The position numbers were made by a program, and so were the translations under genes. 64,000 bases of DNA. It comes from an uncultured delta proteobacterium. Its GTDB lineage: Bacteria > Desulfobacterota > Syntrophorhabdia > Syntrophorhabdales > WCHB1-27. The first letter of the stretch is position 1. Each line of letters begins with the position of its first letter. Under the pieces are notes generated by a model, which was not told the DNA's origin, ran no database searches, and saw nothing but the letters and a program-made list of their open reading frames with translations. Of the stretch, positions 47,622 through 57,492 are shown piece after piece. Where the stretch lies: NCBI GenBank assembly GCA_963717985.1, contig CAVQYC010000003.1, positions 34,314 through 98,313 on the forward strand, written 5' to 3'.

Positions 47622-48101
47622 ATGGAGGGAAAGAAGGTTAGTGAAAGCGCGGTGCTCACGGCTCAACTCATGTCGCCGCAGGATGCGAACATCGCCGGCA
47701 ACGTACACGGCGGCATAATCATGAAGCTCATCGACGATGCAGGCGGTGCGGTCGCGTACCGGCATGCGCGGAGCAATGTAGTCACAGTATCTATAGACCG
47801 GTTAAGTTTCCACCACCCAGTCTTCGTCGGAGACCTCGTTACTTTCAAAGCAAGCATCAATATGGCCGGCACCTCGTCCATGGACGTAGGCGTACGGGTC
47901 GAGGCTGAAAACCTCATTACCGGGGAGGTGCGCCATACGGCTTCGGCTTACCTGACCTACGTGGCCCTGGATGCTGATTTAAGGCCTAAAGCGGTTGCGC
48001 CCCTGATTTTTGAGACCGAAGAGCAGGAGCGCCGTTCCCGCCAGGCACTGGCGCGAAGAAAGATCCGCAAACAGGAAAGAGAGGGGGCCTTGGGGATGTA
48101 G
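47622..48101 (+). CDS. acyl-CoA thioesterase (hotdog fold, YciA-like)
   Basis: ..MSPQDANIAGNVHGGIIMKLIDDAGG..VTVSIDRLSFHHPVFVGDLV... ATG 47622 follows GGGAGG. Confidence 0.8.
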   Translation: MEGKKVSESAVLTAQLMSPQDANIAGNVHGGIIMKLIDDAGGAVAYRHARSNVVTVSIDRLSFHHPVFVGDLVTFKASINMAGTSSMDVGVRVEAENLITGEVRHTASAYLTYVALDADLRPKAVAPLIFETEEQERRSRQALARRKIRKQEREGALGM

Positions 48102-48345
48102 TCCGACTGCATCGACTGCCGTTGATAACAAAAGAATGCCACGTTCCTAACGCTTAAAGTGGCAGAAATTGCAAAGATTCGGGACCGTACGTTCACACGA
48201 AGGGCGACGAGGCGAAGCATTTTACGAATAGGGCGGAAGGGGTCAGCCCTTGACAAGGGACAATAGGAAAGAGACAGCACACAAGATGGCCGATATTATA
48301 GCTCTTTTTTAAGATTCCTTTTCTCAGTCAAGACCCTGCCCCCCA

Positions 48346-48374
48346 TTGATTTTATCTCCGAGACATATTATTAT
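48346..48374 (+). promoter_or_regulatory. sigma70-type promoter upstream of the small Cys-rich ORF
   Basis: TTGATT-17 nt-TATTAT, 30 nt upstream of ATG 48405. Confidence 0.3.
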
Positions 48375-48404
48375 TATCTAACGTCACCTACGAGGAAGAA
48401 GAAG

Positions 48405-48590
48405 ATGCCCGGAACTGTTACGAAGTGTCCCTTTTCCAAGATTGAATGCAGGGAGTGCCCCCTCTACAGGGGACGCCATAGCTATGTCGTCCAGAAAGAA
48501 GGCGACGAGGCCCCTGCCGGCAGAGTGCTCAAACAGGATAACGACGACTGGCAGGAGAAGTTTAAGGAAGCCCTCGGCCGCAAGGTCTGA
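48405..48590 (+). CDS. small Cys-rich hypothetical protein (61 aa)
   Basis: MPGTVTKCPFSKIECRECPLYRG.. (C-x7-C-x2-C). RBS GAGGAAGAAG. Confidence 0.4.
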   Translation: MPGTVTKCPFSKIECRECPLYRGRHSYVVQKEGDEAPAGRVLKQDNDDWQEKFKEALGRKV

Positions 48591-48596
48591 TAGAAG

Positions 48597-48651
48597 CTAC
48601 GCGCCCTTTCCCCCTACGATAATCTCAGGCATTCTCAGCGTCGGCTGGGCG
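48597..48651. repeat. 55-bp perfect second copy of the tldD 3' end (last 17 codons plus stop)
   Basis: 48597-48651 is identical to 48729-48783. Both copies start with the stop-codon complement cta. Confidence 0.95.
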
Positions 48652-48728
48652 CAATTACTGGGGCTAGCGTCGCCCCCTCCACCGGCGGAGCCGTCGGAGC
48701 CTCCCCCTCAAAGAAAAGCTATACCAGT
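48652..48728. repeat. GC-rich intergenic repeat element, copy C (77 bp)
   Basis: caattactggggctagcgtcgccccctccaccggcggagccgtcggagcctccccctcaaagaaaagctataccagt. Confidence 0.9.
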
Positions 48729-50108
48729 CTACGCGCCCTTTCCCCCTACGATAATCTCAGGCATTCTCAGCGTCGGCTGGGCGTCCGCCACTGGCACGCC
48801 CTGCCCGTCTTTGCCGCAGGTGCCGATGCCGAAGCCTAAGTCATTGCCCACCATATCGATATCCTTCAATGCCTTCGGGCCGTTTCCCATCATAGTGGCA
48901 TTCCTCACCATGGGCCCGACCTGCCCCTTCTCGATCAGGTACCCCTCCTGTATCTCGAAGACGAAATCGCCGCGGACCGTATCTACCTGGCCTCCTCCCA
49001 TCTTCCTGACCAGAAGGCCGCTGTCGACGGAAGCGATGATGGCGTCCGGGTCATCGAAGCCGGGGAGGATCAGGGTATTGCTCATGCGCGGGATGGGTTT
49101 GTAGCGAAAGGATTCGCGCCTCCCGTTCCCTGTCGACGAATAACCGTATTTCATCGCATGAAAGCGGTCGAAAAGATAGTTTTTCAAGACGCCCTGCTCG
49201 ACGAGCAGGGTCCTCTCGGAGACCGTTCCTTCATCATCGTAGGCATAGGTGCCTCTTCGATGCGGGAGCGTCTTGTCGTCAACGATGCTGACGAGGGGGT
49301 TCGCTATCGATTGGCCGAGCATCCCTTTGTAGCAGGAAAGCCCTTCCATGGCAAGGTCCGCCTCCAGGCCATGGCCGATGGCCTCGTGTATCATGGTGCC
49401 CCCGGCCTCTGATGCGAGCACTACCGTCTTCGTACCCATGGGTGCCTCGCATGCGCCCAGCAGCCCGGACAACCTCGCCACGGTCGCCCTGACAAACGTC
49501 TCTATCCGTTCCTCGGTGAGAAACTCGAAGCCGCAAAACCCGCCTATCGCCTCGTAAGCGGTTTGCAGGACCCCTGCCTCTTCGCCCACCACAAGCAGGG
49601 TCACGACGAGCTGCGTCCTCTTGTCTTCCACCCTGGTCCCGTCGCTCGCGGCAACCCTGACGTGCTGGCTCGTATCCCGGTAGAATACCTTCACCTGTGT
49701 GATCCTCTTCTCCATCTTCCGGGCCATGTCTCCAATGGAGCGGACGACGTCGAGCTTCTCATGTGTGTCCACGTCGCCCGGCGGGACCGCGATGAGAAAC
49801 GGGTAACGCGCCGTGTGGAGACTCCCTGCCTGCACCCCGCCCGGCCCACTTGCGCCCTGCGCGGTGCGGACCAGCTCTTTCGAGAGATCGACCAAATGAC
49901 TCTCCTCCCGGGAATTGGTGGAGGCGAAGAAGGTTTGCCAGGGCCTTATCACCCTTAACCCCACACCGCTGTCCACACCCTTTTCCAGCTTCTCTATCTT
50001 CTCCGATTCGAGTTGGATCTGTGTGGATGCCGTCTCTTCCTCAAACGTCTCCGCATAAAGCACGTCCCCGGCCGAAAGGGCCGCCAGCACCTTCGTCTCA
50101 TCAAACAT
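48729..50108 (-). CDS. tldD: TldD-family metalloprotease
   Basis: 459 aa. HEAIGHGLEAD (HExxxH) and the C-terminal ..GTCGKDGQGVPV... Confidence 0.85.
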   Translation of the reverse strand: MFDETKVLAALSAGDVLYAETFEEETASTQIQLESEKIEKLEKGVDSGVGLRVIRPWQTFFASTNSREESHLVDLSKELVRTAQGASGPGGVQAGSLHTARYPFLIAVPPGDVDTHEKLDVVRSIGDMARKMEKRITQVKVFYRDTSQHVRVAASDGTRVEDKRTQLVVTLLVVGEEAGVLQTAYEAIGGFCGFEFLTEERIETFVRATVARLSGLLGACEAPMGTKTVVLASEAGGTMIHEAIGHGLEADLAMEGLSCYKGMLGQSIANPLVSIVDDKTLPHRRGTYAYDDEGTVSERTLLVEQGVLKNYLFDRFHAMKYGYSSTGNGRRESFRYKPIPRMSNTLILPGFDDPDAIIASVDSGLLVRKMGGGQVDTVRGDFVFEIQEGYLIEKGQVGPMVRNATMMGNGPKALKDIDMVGNDLGFGIGTCGKDGQGVPVADAQPTLRMPEIIVGGKGA

Positions 50109-50319
50109 TTTCTGCCTCCCTGAATACGATGCCGAACCTCTGCATATCTGCCATTATGGATGCTACCACCTCGTGCGCTTCCGTTGGATAGGTGATCTCT
50201 ACCTCGCCCGTCCTTCCGTCACGCACCGTCAGCAGTGCCACATCCTCGTAAGATTCGAGAATCGCCTTGAAAAAGCCAATACCTTCTCTGTTCATCATAA
50301 ACTTTCTCACCGTCTCCAT
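50101..50319 (-). CDS. DUF4911-like small protein
   Basis: 72 aa. ..REGIGFFKAILESYEDVALLTVRD.. matches my recall of DUF4911. It overlaps both neighbours translationally. Confidence 0.5.
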   Translation of the reverse strand: METVRKFMMNREGIGFFKAILESYEDVALLTVRDGRTGEVEITYPTEAHEVVASIMADMQRFGIVFREAENV

Positions 50320-51302
50320 CTGCTTTGCCCCTCAAGCATCTCGACAAACGCCTCCAACCGCAATTTCGTTCTCGTGTCGAGCGGTTTCGGCAGGTCGCCC
50401 TCTATGGTGATGACCGGCACGCCAAGGGTCTCTTTGAGTATGATATCTTCTATCACCCGATAGCAGAAGGCCTGCACATAGTGGATCACACCGCGGATGC
50501 CCCTCCGGTCTATTTCCTGTCTTATGTCCTCAATACGGGCGAATATACCGTAAGGATATGTATAGAGAAGATAGCGCTCTATCACGTCGGCGGAGAGATA
50601 CGGCAGCGCGAACTGGCGCTGGACCTCGTTGTAGATCACGTGACATCCTAACCCCTCGACAAATGCATAGAGGTCCGGGTTTATAGGCGGCACGCCCACG
50701 TACCCCAGGGGTATCCCCCTGATCGGCTCTCTCTGCCCGGCTTCCTCGATAAACGCCTTCGCCGCCTTTCCATACTGCTCGTAATCCCCCTCCATGTCGG
50801 AGGCGCAGAGCTGCCAGAGGTGGTTCTCCTGACCCGTGACCACCCTATCCTCCCACGTCATGCGATCGATCAGCGCGAGACTTTCCCGCACTCTCCGCAA
50901 GCCCCCGTCGACCGCCTCCAGCATCGTGAGGTCTACGCCGAAAGTGCGCATGAGCTTGTCGATCTCCCTTGCCAAGCCTTCTCTCTCCCTGTCGAAGGGA
51001 AAAGAGAAGGGGATGATCCGCACCCCTCGGTAGCTCAATATCTCCGCCAGGGCCCTGGTGTTGCTGCAGTCACCCTCCATGACGGTAATCACCGTGTCTA
51101 TGGCCGACTCTCGCACCACACCGTAAAGGCCCTTTATCCAGTTGCACATGTTTTTCGGAAACCCGTCCTTCTCCGCAGCCGCCACATAGTGGATCGGGTC
51201 CGGATGAGTGACGAAAACGTTATTGAGATCGCAAGGTCTTAACCCCGCGGCGAAGAGGACCTCGACGGGGATGGTGGTGGTGAAGCCTGCGATACGGCTC
51301 AT
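50307..51302 (-). CDS. 2-hydroxyacyl-CoA dehydratase family protein
   Basis: MSRIAGFTTTIPVEVLFAAGLRPCDLNN..CNWIKG..IHYVQAFCY.. is the typical HgdB/BcrC-family pattern. Confidence 0.7.
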   Translation of the reverse strand: MSRIAGFTTTIPVEVLFAAGLRPCDLNNVFVTHPDPIHYVAAAEKDGFPKNMCNWIKGLYGVVRESAIDTVITVMEGDCSNTRALAEILSYRGVRIIPFSFPFDREREGLAREIDKLMRTFGVDLTMLEAVDGGLRRVRESLALIDRMTWEDRVVTGQENHLWQLCASDMEGDYEQYGKAAKAFIEEAGQREPIRGIPLGYVGVPPINPDLYAFVEGLGCHVIYNEVQRQFALPYLSADVIERYLLYTYPYGIFARIEDIRQEIDRRGIRGVIHYVQAFCYRVIEDIILKETLGVPVITIEGDLPKPLDTRTKLRLEAFVEMLEGQSRWRR

Positions 51303-51436
51303 ATCTCCCGCTCCCCGCTCAATTCCCGGGGCTCGCGTCGCCCCCTCCATGAGCAAGCTCATGGAGCCACCCCCTCATAAAAAGGAAGATACATTTGGCG
51401 CTTCATGCTGACCACTCCCGTGTTTCATGAACCTTT

Positions 51437-52222
51437 TCACGATAGCTGCAAATAACGGTACATCTCCACGAACCCTTCCGGCTCTATCTCCTCCGCTCTT
51501 ATAGAAGCCGGAAACCCGAGATGCCGGTAAAGGGCGTCTATCTCGTCTTGTCCATAATGGCCGACAAGAGAATGGCGGAGATACTTCCTCTTATAATGGA
51601 AACATTGCTTGACGAAGGCGATCAACCCCTGATCCGGCCCCATACCGTCATTGAAGACGATGGAGATAAATGCGCTGTCGACCTTCGGAGGAGGGATAAA
51701 GAGCGAGGGCTTGAGCAAAAGGAGCATCTTTACCGCGGCATACAGTTGGAAGATCACGGAAAGGGCGCCGTAGCTCCGGCAATGGGAGGGACTTACTATC
51801 CTCTCTGCAACCTCCTTCTGCATGGTCAGGTAGGCACCTCTTATCCCGGTCTTTTCAAAAAGGAGCTTGAACAATATCTCGCCCGTGAGATAGTACGGTA
51901 TATTGCCCATTACGGTGACTCTGTGGCGTGCGCGGAAATCGGCAAACCTTATACGCAGCACATCGGAAAAAACGACCGATATGTTCGGAAACTCCTGCTC
52001 CAACGGCTCCAGGACATCTCTGAACCGCTTATCGATCTCGATAGCGTGGAGAAAACCGGCTTTCGCCGCAATGCACCTGGTGAGGTCGCCCTGACCCGGT
52101 CCTATCTCTACGACCACGTCCTCCCTACCGACGCCCGCCAGTCTTACCATCTTTTCCAAAAGGTTTCTGTCTTTGAGCAAATGCTGGCCCAGGCTCTTTT
52201 TCAGCACTGGTCGCGGCTCCAT
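51437..52222 (-). CDS. rsmA: 16S rRNA (adenine1518/1519-N6)-dimethyltransferase
   Basis: ..LKKSLGQHLLKDRNLLEKMV..VVEIGPGQGDLT..GNIPYY... Start at ATG 52222; the upstream extension was discarded. Confidence 0.9.
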   Translation of the reverse strand: MEPRPVLKKSLGQHLLKDRNLLEKMVRLAGVGREDVVVEIGPGQGDLTRCIAAKAGFLHAIEIDKRFRDVLEPLEQEFPNISVVFSDVLRIRFADFRARHRVTVMGNIPYYLTGEILFKLLFEKTGIRGAYLTMQKEVAERIVSPSHCRSYGALSVIFQLYAAVKMLLLLKPSLFIPPPKVDSAFISIVFNDGMGPDQGLIAFVKQCFHYKRKYLRHSLVGHYGQDEIDALYRHLGFPASIRAEEIEPEGFVEMYRYLQLS

Positions 52223-53205
52223 CTCATACGGGAGAAGGCCTTCATGTCCAGGGCCGAAAAAAGGCCCCTGTCGGCGTAAAAATACGCGGTAACTGCAACC
52301 ATGGCGCCGTTGTCGGTACAGAGTCCCGGAGACGGGAAGGAGACGGAAATGTCTTCGGCCGCGCAAGCCTTTGCAAGCATGCCTCTCAACCTGTTATTGC
52401 TCGCAACCCCTCCGCCCACAACCACCCGCTTTACCCCCTGGCCCCGGGCCGCCCTCACCGTCTTCGCCGTAAGCACATCGCACGCTGCTTCCTGGAACGA
52501 TGCAAGTATATCAGAGCAATTACTGTTACTTATGCCATACTTCTTCACGTAATTTATGAAGGCTGTCTTCAACCCGCTGAACGAGAAATCATGGTTACTT
52601 TCGTCCATCATCGGTCGCGGGAAGGGGACGGAATCCGCCCTCCCCGCCTGGGCAAGCTCCTCTACAACCCGGCCCCCGGGATACCCCAGGTCGAGGTACT
52701 TGGCCACCTTGTCAAAAGCCTCGCCCGCCGCATCGTCCCTCGTACTGCCGAGCATACGGAACCGACAGGGCTCGGAAAAGAGGAGGAGCACGCTGTGCCC
52801 CCCCGACACCACCAGGGACACAAAGGGAAACTCTACCTGCTGCTCCAAAAAGATGCTCATTGCATGGGCCTCCACGTGGTTGACGCCGACCAGCGGTTTT
52901 CCCGTGGACAGGGCGAGCCCTTTTGCAAAACAAAGCCCCGCGAGCAGCGACCCGATGAGGCCGGGTCCCTGCGTCACCGCGAGCACGTCCACATCCGCGA
53001 GGGATACATCCGCTTCCGTGAGGGCCTGTCTGTATATCCCGTCGATCAGCTCCGTATGCTTCCTGGACGCAATTTCCGGCACCACCCCGCCGAAAAGGGC
53101 GTGAAGGGGCACCTGGCTCGACACGATATTCGACAGCACCCGCGTGCCATCCAGCACCGCCACCGACGTATCGTCGCAGGAGGTATCGATACCAAGAATT
53201 ATCAT
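52201..53205 (-). CDS. tsaD: tRNA N6-adenosine threonylcarbamoyltransferase
   Basis: MIILGIDTSCDDTSVAVL..HVEAHAMS..SGGHS..GGVASN... Confidence 0.95.
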   Translation of the reverse strand: MIILGIDTSCDDTSVAVLDGTRVLSNIVSSQVPLHALFGGVVPEIASRKHTELIDGIYRQALTEADVSLADVDVLAVTQGPGLIGSLLAGLCFAKGLALSTGKPLVGVNHVEAHAMSIFLEQQVEFPFVSLVVSGGHSVLLLFSEPCRFRMLGSTRDDAAGEAFDKVAKYLDLGYPGGRVVEELAQAGRADSVPFPRPMMDESNHDFSFSGLKTAFINYVKKYGISNSNCSDILASFQEAACDVLTAKTVRAARGQGVKRVVVGGGVASNNRLRGMLAKACAAEDISVSFPSPGLCTDNGAMVAVTAYFYADRGLFSALDMKAFSRMRWSRDQC

Positions 53206-53533
53206 AGAAGACCTTGCGACTTCCTCATCAAGGAAGCACGATGACTTTCTTTCAGTACGTTACAAAGGGGCCTGGACCCCGGCGTCCGCCGGGGTGACGA
53301 CAAAAAGACATTTCTCTCACACGTTCTGCCATGCCGGTATAGCGGCCGGATGCCCTGGCTCGGGCGGCAAGTATGAGGATGCAGATTTGGTGGCGCGCAA
53401 GGTTCGAGGCGCGGAGGCGTACATAGGCCGGGTACCCAGCTCCATATTACTTTGCTGGGTGGCCAAACGTCGCAGCGTCGCGAACCGTCGCGCAACGCCA
53501 AAGATGCGCCTCAGACGCCGTCGCCCCCCACAA

Positions 53534-54916
53534 TTAGATTTCGTTCCAGTATACCTTAACCTTTACCGACCTCTTCATGTCCTCTTTAAAGGACACCAGG
53601 TAGGCGTCCCGCGCCATCGCCTGAAAGGCGCGCATGTAGGTCTCCTTCTCCTTCTCCCACTGGTCCTTATCAGGCTGCTTCTCGCCAAGACAGGTAAAAA
53701 TATAGTACTTGCCGCCGACCTCCACCGGTCTGTCATAGGTCTTTCCCTTGGGCAAGGCAAATATACCCGCGCCGTCTCTCGGTATCTGACCTATCCCCGG
53801 AATGACCGTGCTGGTTTTTGGAAGAAAATTCGTCTCTTTGACGAATTTCGCGCCTCCCTTTATCGCATCCTCTGCCGTGAGCCGGGCCATTACCCTTGCC
53901 TTCTCACCGGTCACCCGGGCTTTGATGGCTTTGAGCGCCTCGCTCTTGTCAAGCGGCTTCCCGTCCTCCCGATCGACCATCTGAAAAATGTAGGACTTGC
54001 CTCCGTCCCTCGCGGGAAGGGAAATCTCTCCCCTGCCCAGGCTCCTCAGCCATTCCTGCGGCCGCAGCCTGGCGAACCGGGCCATGAGCTCGCTCTCTTT
54101 TGTCATGCCCAGGTCTACCACCTCAACGCCTTTTGACTTACCATAGGCCGACATATCCCTCGACTTCAAAAGCTCCATATACGCCTGGTCATCCCTCACG
54201 CCACTCTTTTCGTCAATAAGCATATACTTCAGACGGTACATGTTCTCCGACCGCTGGCCGCTTTTCTCCTTTTCGTAGAGACTCTCCAGATCTTTCTCGT
54301 CTATGCTCACCTTGTCCCTGTAATCGGCGGGGTCAAAAACCGCCACAGACAGCTTGACCTGACCTCTCTCCTTGAGATAGGCCTCGTAGGCGGCCTTCTC
54401 GTCAACCTGGATGCCGTTATCCAGGATGATTCTTATCGTCTTTTCGATGAGCATGGCCTGCTTTTGTTCGTCTTCAAATGTCTTCGGTTCCATATTGTTC
54501 CTCTTCAGGAACTCCTCGTATGCCTGCCGGTCGAATGCGCCGTTCCTCTTGAAAGCCCCGATCCCTTCCAGGAATTCGTCAAATTCCTTACCTGAGACCT
54601 TCAATCCCATATCTTCCGCCTTTTTCAGGAACAGGTACTTGTCCAGAAGCTGGTTCATCACCATCTCTTTCAGCTTCTGCTCGTTTCCCATCTCCTCGTC
54701 GAACTTGTCCCCATACAGGTTCCTGTAAAACTTCTCCATCTTGCTATGGGTCTGATAATACTCGGCGGCCGATATCCTGTAGGGGCCTACCTGGGCAACG
54801 GTCTTTTCGGCCCCGCCTTGTTTGAACCCAAAGGTAAACACAAAAACGACAATGATAACAGCGCAGATAACCCCCAGCAACCACCGGCTCGCGTGCTTCC
54901 GCATGAATCTTAACAT
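53534..54916 (-). CDS. PpiD/SurA-N-like periplasmic chaperone (no obvious parvulin domain)
   Basis: N-terminal anchor MLRFMRKHASRWLLGVICAVIIVVFVFTFGF, then a SurA_N-like segment (..AQVGPYRISAAEYYQ..). Confidence 0.6.
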   Translation of the reverse strand: MLRFMRKHASRWLLGVICAVIIVVFVFTFGFKQGGAEKTVAQVGPYRISAAEYYQTHSKMEKFYRNLYGDKFDEEMGNEQKLKEMVMNQLLDKYLFLKKAEDMGLKVSGKEFDEFLEGIGAFKRNGAFDRQAYEEFLKRNNMEPKTFEDEQKQAMLIEKTIRIILDNGIQVDEKAAYEAYLKERGQVKLSVAVFDPADYRDKVSIDEKDLESLYEKEKSGQRSENMYRLKYMLIDEKSGVRDDQAYMELLKSRDMSAYGKSKGVEVVDLGMTKESELMARFARLRPQEWLRSLGRGEISLPARDGGKSYIFQMVDREDGKPLDKSEALKAIKARVTGEKARVMARLTAEDAIKGGAKFVKETNFLPKTSTVIPGIGQIPRDGAGIFALPKGKTYDRPVEVGGKYYIFTCLGEKQPDKDQWEKEKETYMRAFQAMARDAYLVSFKEDMKRSVKVKVYWNEI

Positions 54917-54967
54917 CGTTTCTCCATTCTGATCCCGATTTTAGGCTTTTCGATCCTTTTCCGCTGC

Positions 54968-54996
54968 TTGATTTTGATACTTTAAAATAGTATATT
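54968..54996 (+). promoter_or_regulatory. sigma70-type promoter upstream of mreB
   Basis: TTGATT-17 nt-TATATT, about 50 nt upstream of ATG 55046. Confidence 0.3.
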
Positions 54997-55021
54997 AACA
55001 CTTGCTTTTCAATAGGCTTAA

Positions 55022-56086
<1,065 letters not shown>

Positions 56087-56156
56087 GCGCCAACGTGTGC
56101 CTGCTTTTTTTGTGGGCACCCCGCCTGTCGCCCGTGGCCTGTACGAAGCGGGTCGT

Positions 56157-56192
56157 GGCTTCGCCGAGGAGGGGGCGCTGAGCCCCAATAAT
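56157..56192. repeat. GC-rich intergenic repeat element, copy D core (reverse orientation)
   Basis: ggcttcgccgaggagggggcgctgagccccaataat is the exact reverse complement of 33122-33157. The divergent tail extends left to about 56088, right behind the mreB stop. Confidence 0.9.
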
Positions 56193-56200
56193 AAACAGCG

Positions 56201-57001
56201 GTGAAAAGTACTTTCGTCATCATAGCGGCTATCCTGCTACTCGTGCTCTCTTTCCTGCTCTTCACCAATATAGCTGTCTTTCAAAGAGGATACGGCAAGG
56301 CAAAATACTATCTGGCCGATGGCGTCGGACCCGTGCTGCAGGTCTTGAAAACCCCCGCACATTCCGTCAGCTACGTGCTCGGAAACTACGTCGACCTGAT
56401 CGACGTGAAGAGACGGAATGAAGAGCTGAAGAAGAAGGTCGAGACGCTGGAACTGGAAACCCAGAAGATCCCGGAGCTGGAAAAGGAGAATGAAAGGCTT
56501 AAAGGTCTGCTGCAGCTGGTCGAGCAGCAGCCTGGTGAGCTGATTGCGGCCCGTATCGTGGGCGAAGATGTGATAAATTGGTTTAAGTGCGTGATCATAG
56601 ATAAGGGGCGCTACGCCGGTGTAAGGGAGAAAATGCCCGTAATTACGCCCTCGGGCATCGTGGGACAGGCAGTGGAGGTACATAACTGGCACACCAAGGT
56701 GATGGTCGTCAACGATACGAATTCGGCGGTTGATGTCTACGTGGCGGGCAAGAATGCCAGGGGGATCGCGGAGGGCACGGGCCAGACGACGCTCAAGCTC
56801 AAGTATGTGACGAAAAACGATGAGGTAGAGGTGGGAGATAAACTGATCACTTCGGGCAAGGACGCGATATTCCCGAAAGGTCTCGCTGTCGGCATTGTCA
56901 TCAATGTAAACAAGAACAAGGCCGGACTTTTCTCGGACATTGACGTCATGCCTTTCAACAACTTCAAGAAGCTGGACGAAGTCCTGGTTGTCAAAAAATG
57001 A
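56201..57001 (+). CDS. mreC: rod shape-determining protein MreC
   Basis: GTG start, N-terminal TM segment, coiled coil (..NEELKKKVETLELETQKIPELEKENERLKGLL..) and a beta-barrel domain. Lies between mreB and mreD. Confidence 0.85.
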   Translation: MKSTFVIIAAILLLVLSFLLFTNIAVFQRGYGKAKYYLADGVGPVLQVLKTPAHSVSYVLGNYVDLIDVKRRNEELKKKVETLELETQKIPELEKENERLKGLLQLVEQQPGELIAARIVGEDVINWFKCVIIDKGRYAGVREKMPVITPSGIVGQAVEVHNWHTKVMVVNDTNSAVDVYVAGKNARGIAEGTGQTTLKLKYVTKNDEVEVGDKLITSGKDAIFPKGLAVGIVINVNKNKAGLFSDIDVMPFNNFKKLDEVLVVKK

Positions 57002-57492
57002 TACGAAAAGCTGCATGCCTCGCCTTCGGCGTCTTCCTGATGATCTTCGAATCCTCCCTTTCCTCCTTTTTGCCTCTGGAGCTTGCGAAGCCCGACCTCG
57101 GGGTGCCTTTCATCATCTATGGCACCTTTTTCCTTTCGCCTGCCGAGGGTCTCCTCGCGGCGGTCCTCTTCGGCTTCACACAGGAAGTCCTTTCCAACAG
57201 CCCGGCCGGCGCCCTGGTTTTTATCAACGTCGCCCTCCTCCTCTCCTGCATTTTTCTCAAAAACAGGCTATACATCGAATCGAGATATACCTTTTCCCTT
57301 GTCTGCGCCGCTTCAGTTCTCGGGGAGTCTCTCATTTTTCTGGCCCTTTCCCTCCTCTCCAAGGGAGAGACAAAGAACATTTATAACGTCCTGGTTTTTT
57401 CAATCCCCGACGCAATTATGACGGCCTTTGTATCGCTTTTCATGTTCCGCTTCTTCGAACAAGTTAAAATCCGCTATATGAGCAGGGTATAG
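56998..57492 (+). CDS. mreD: rod shape-determining protein MreD
   Basis: 164-aa polytopic membrane protein that overlaps the mreC stop (ATGA). Confidence 0.75.
   Translation: MIRKAACLAFGVFLMIFESSLSSFLPLELAKPDLGVPFIIYGTFFLSPAEGLLAAVLFGFTQEVLSNSPAGALVFINVALLLSCIFLKNRLYIESRYTFSLVCAASVLGESLIFLALSLLSKGETKNIYNVLVFSIPDAIMTAFVSLFMFRFFEQVKIRYMSRV

Noticed and set aside
53206-53533. A further copy of the repeat family, or an ncRNA, in the 328-bp ppiD-like/tsaD spacer. It contains ..ccccccacaattag.. next to the stop codon and a 7-bp GC hairpin at about 53267-53284.
   Set aside because: - Only an ~11-nt imperfect resemblance to the element head is present, in the opposite orientation relative to the stop codon. 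The remainder does not align.
- No recognisable RNA-family signature was visible by eye.
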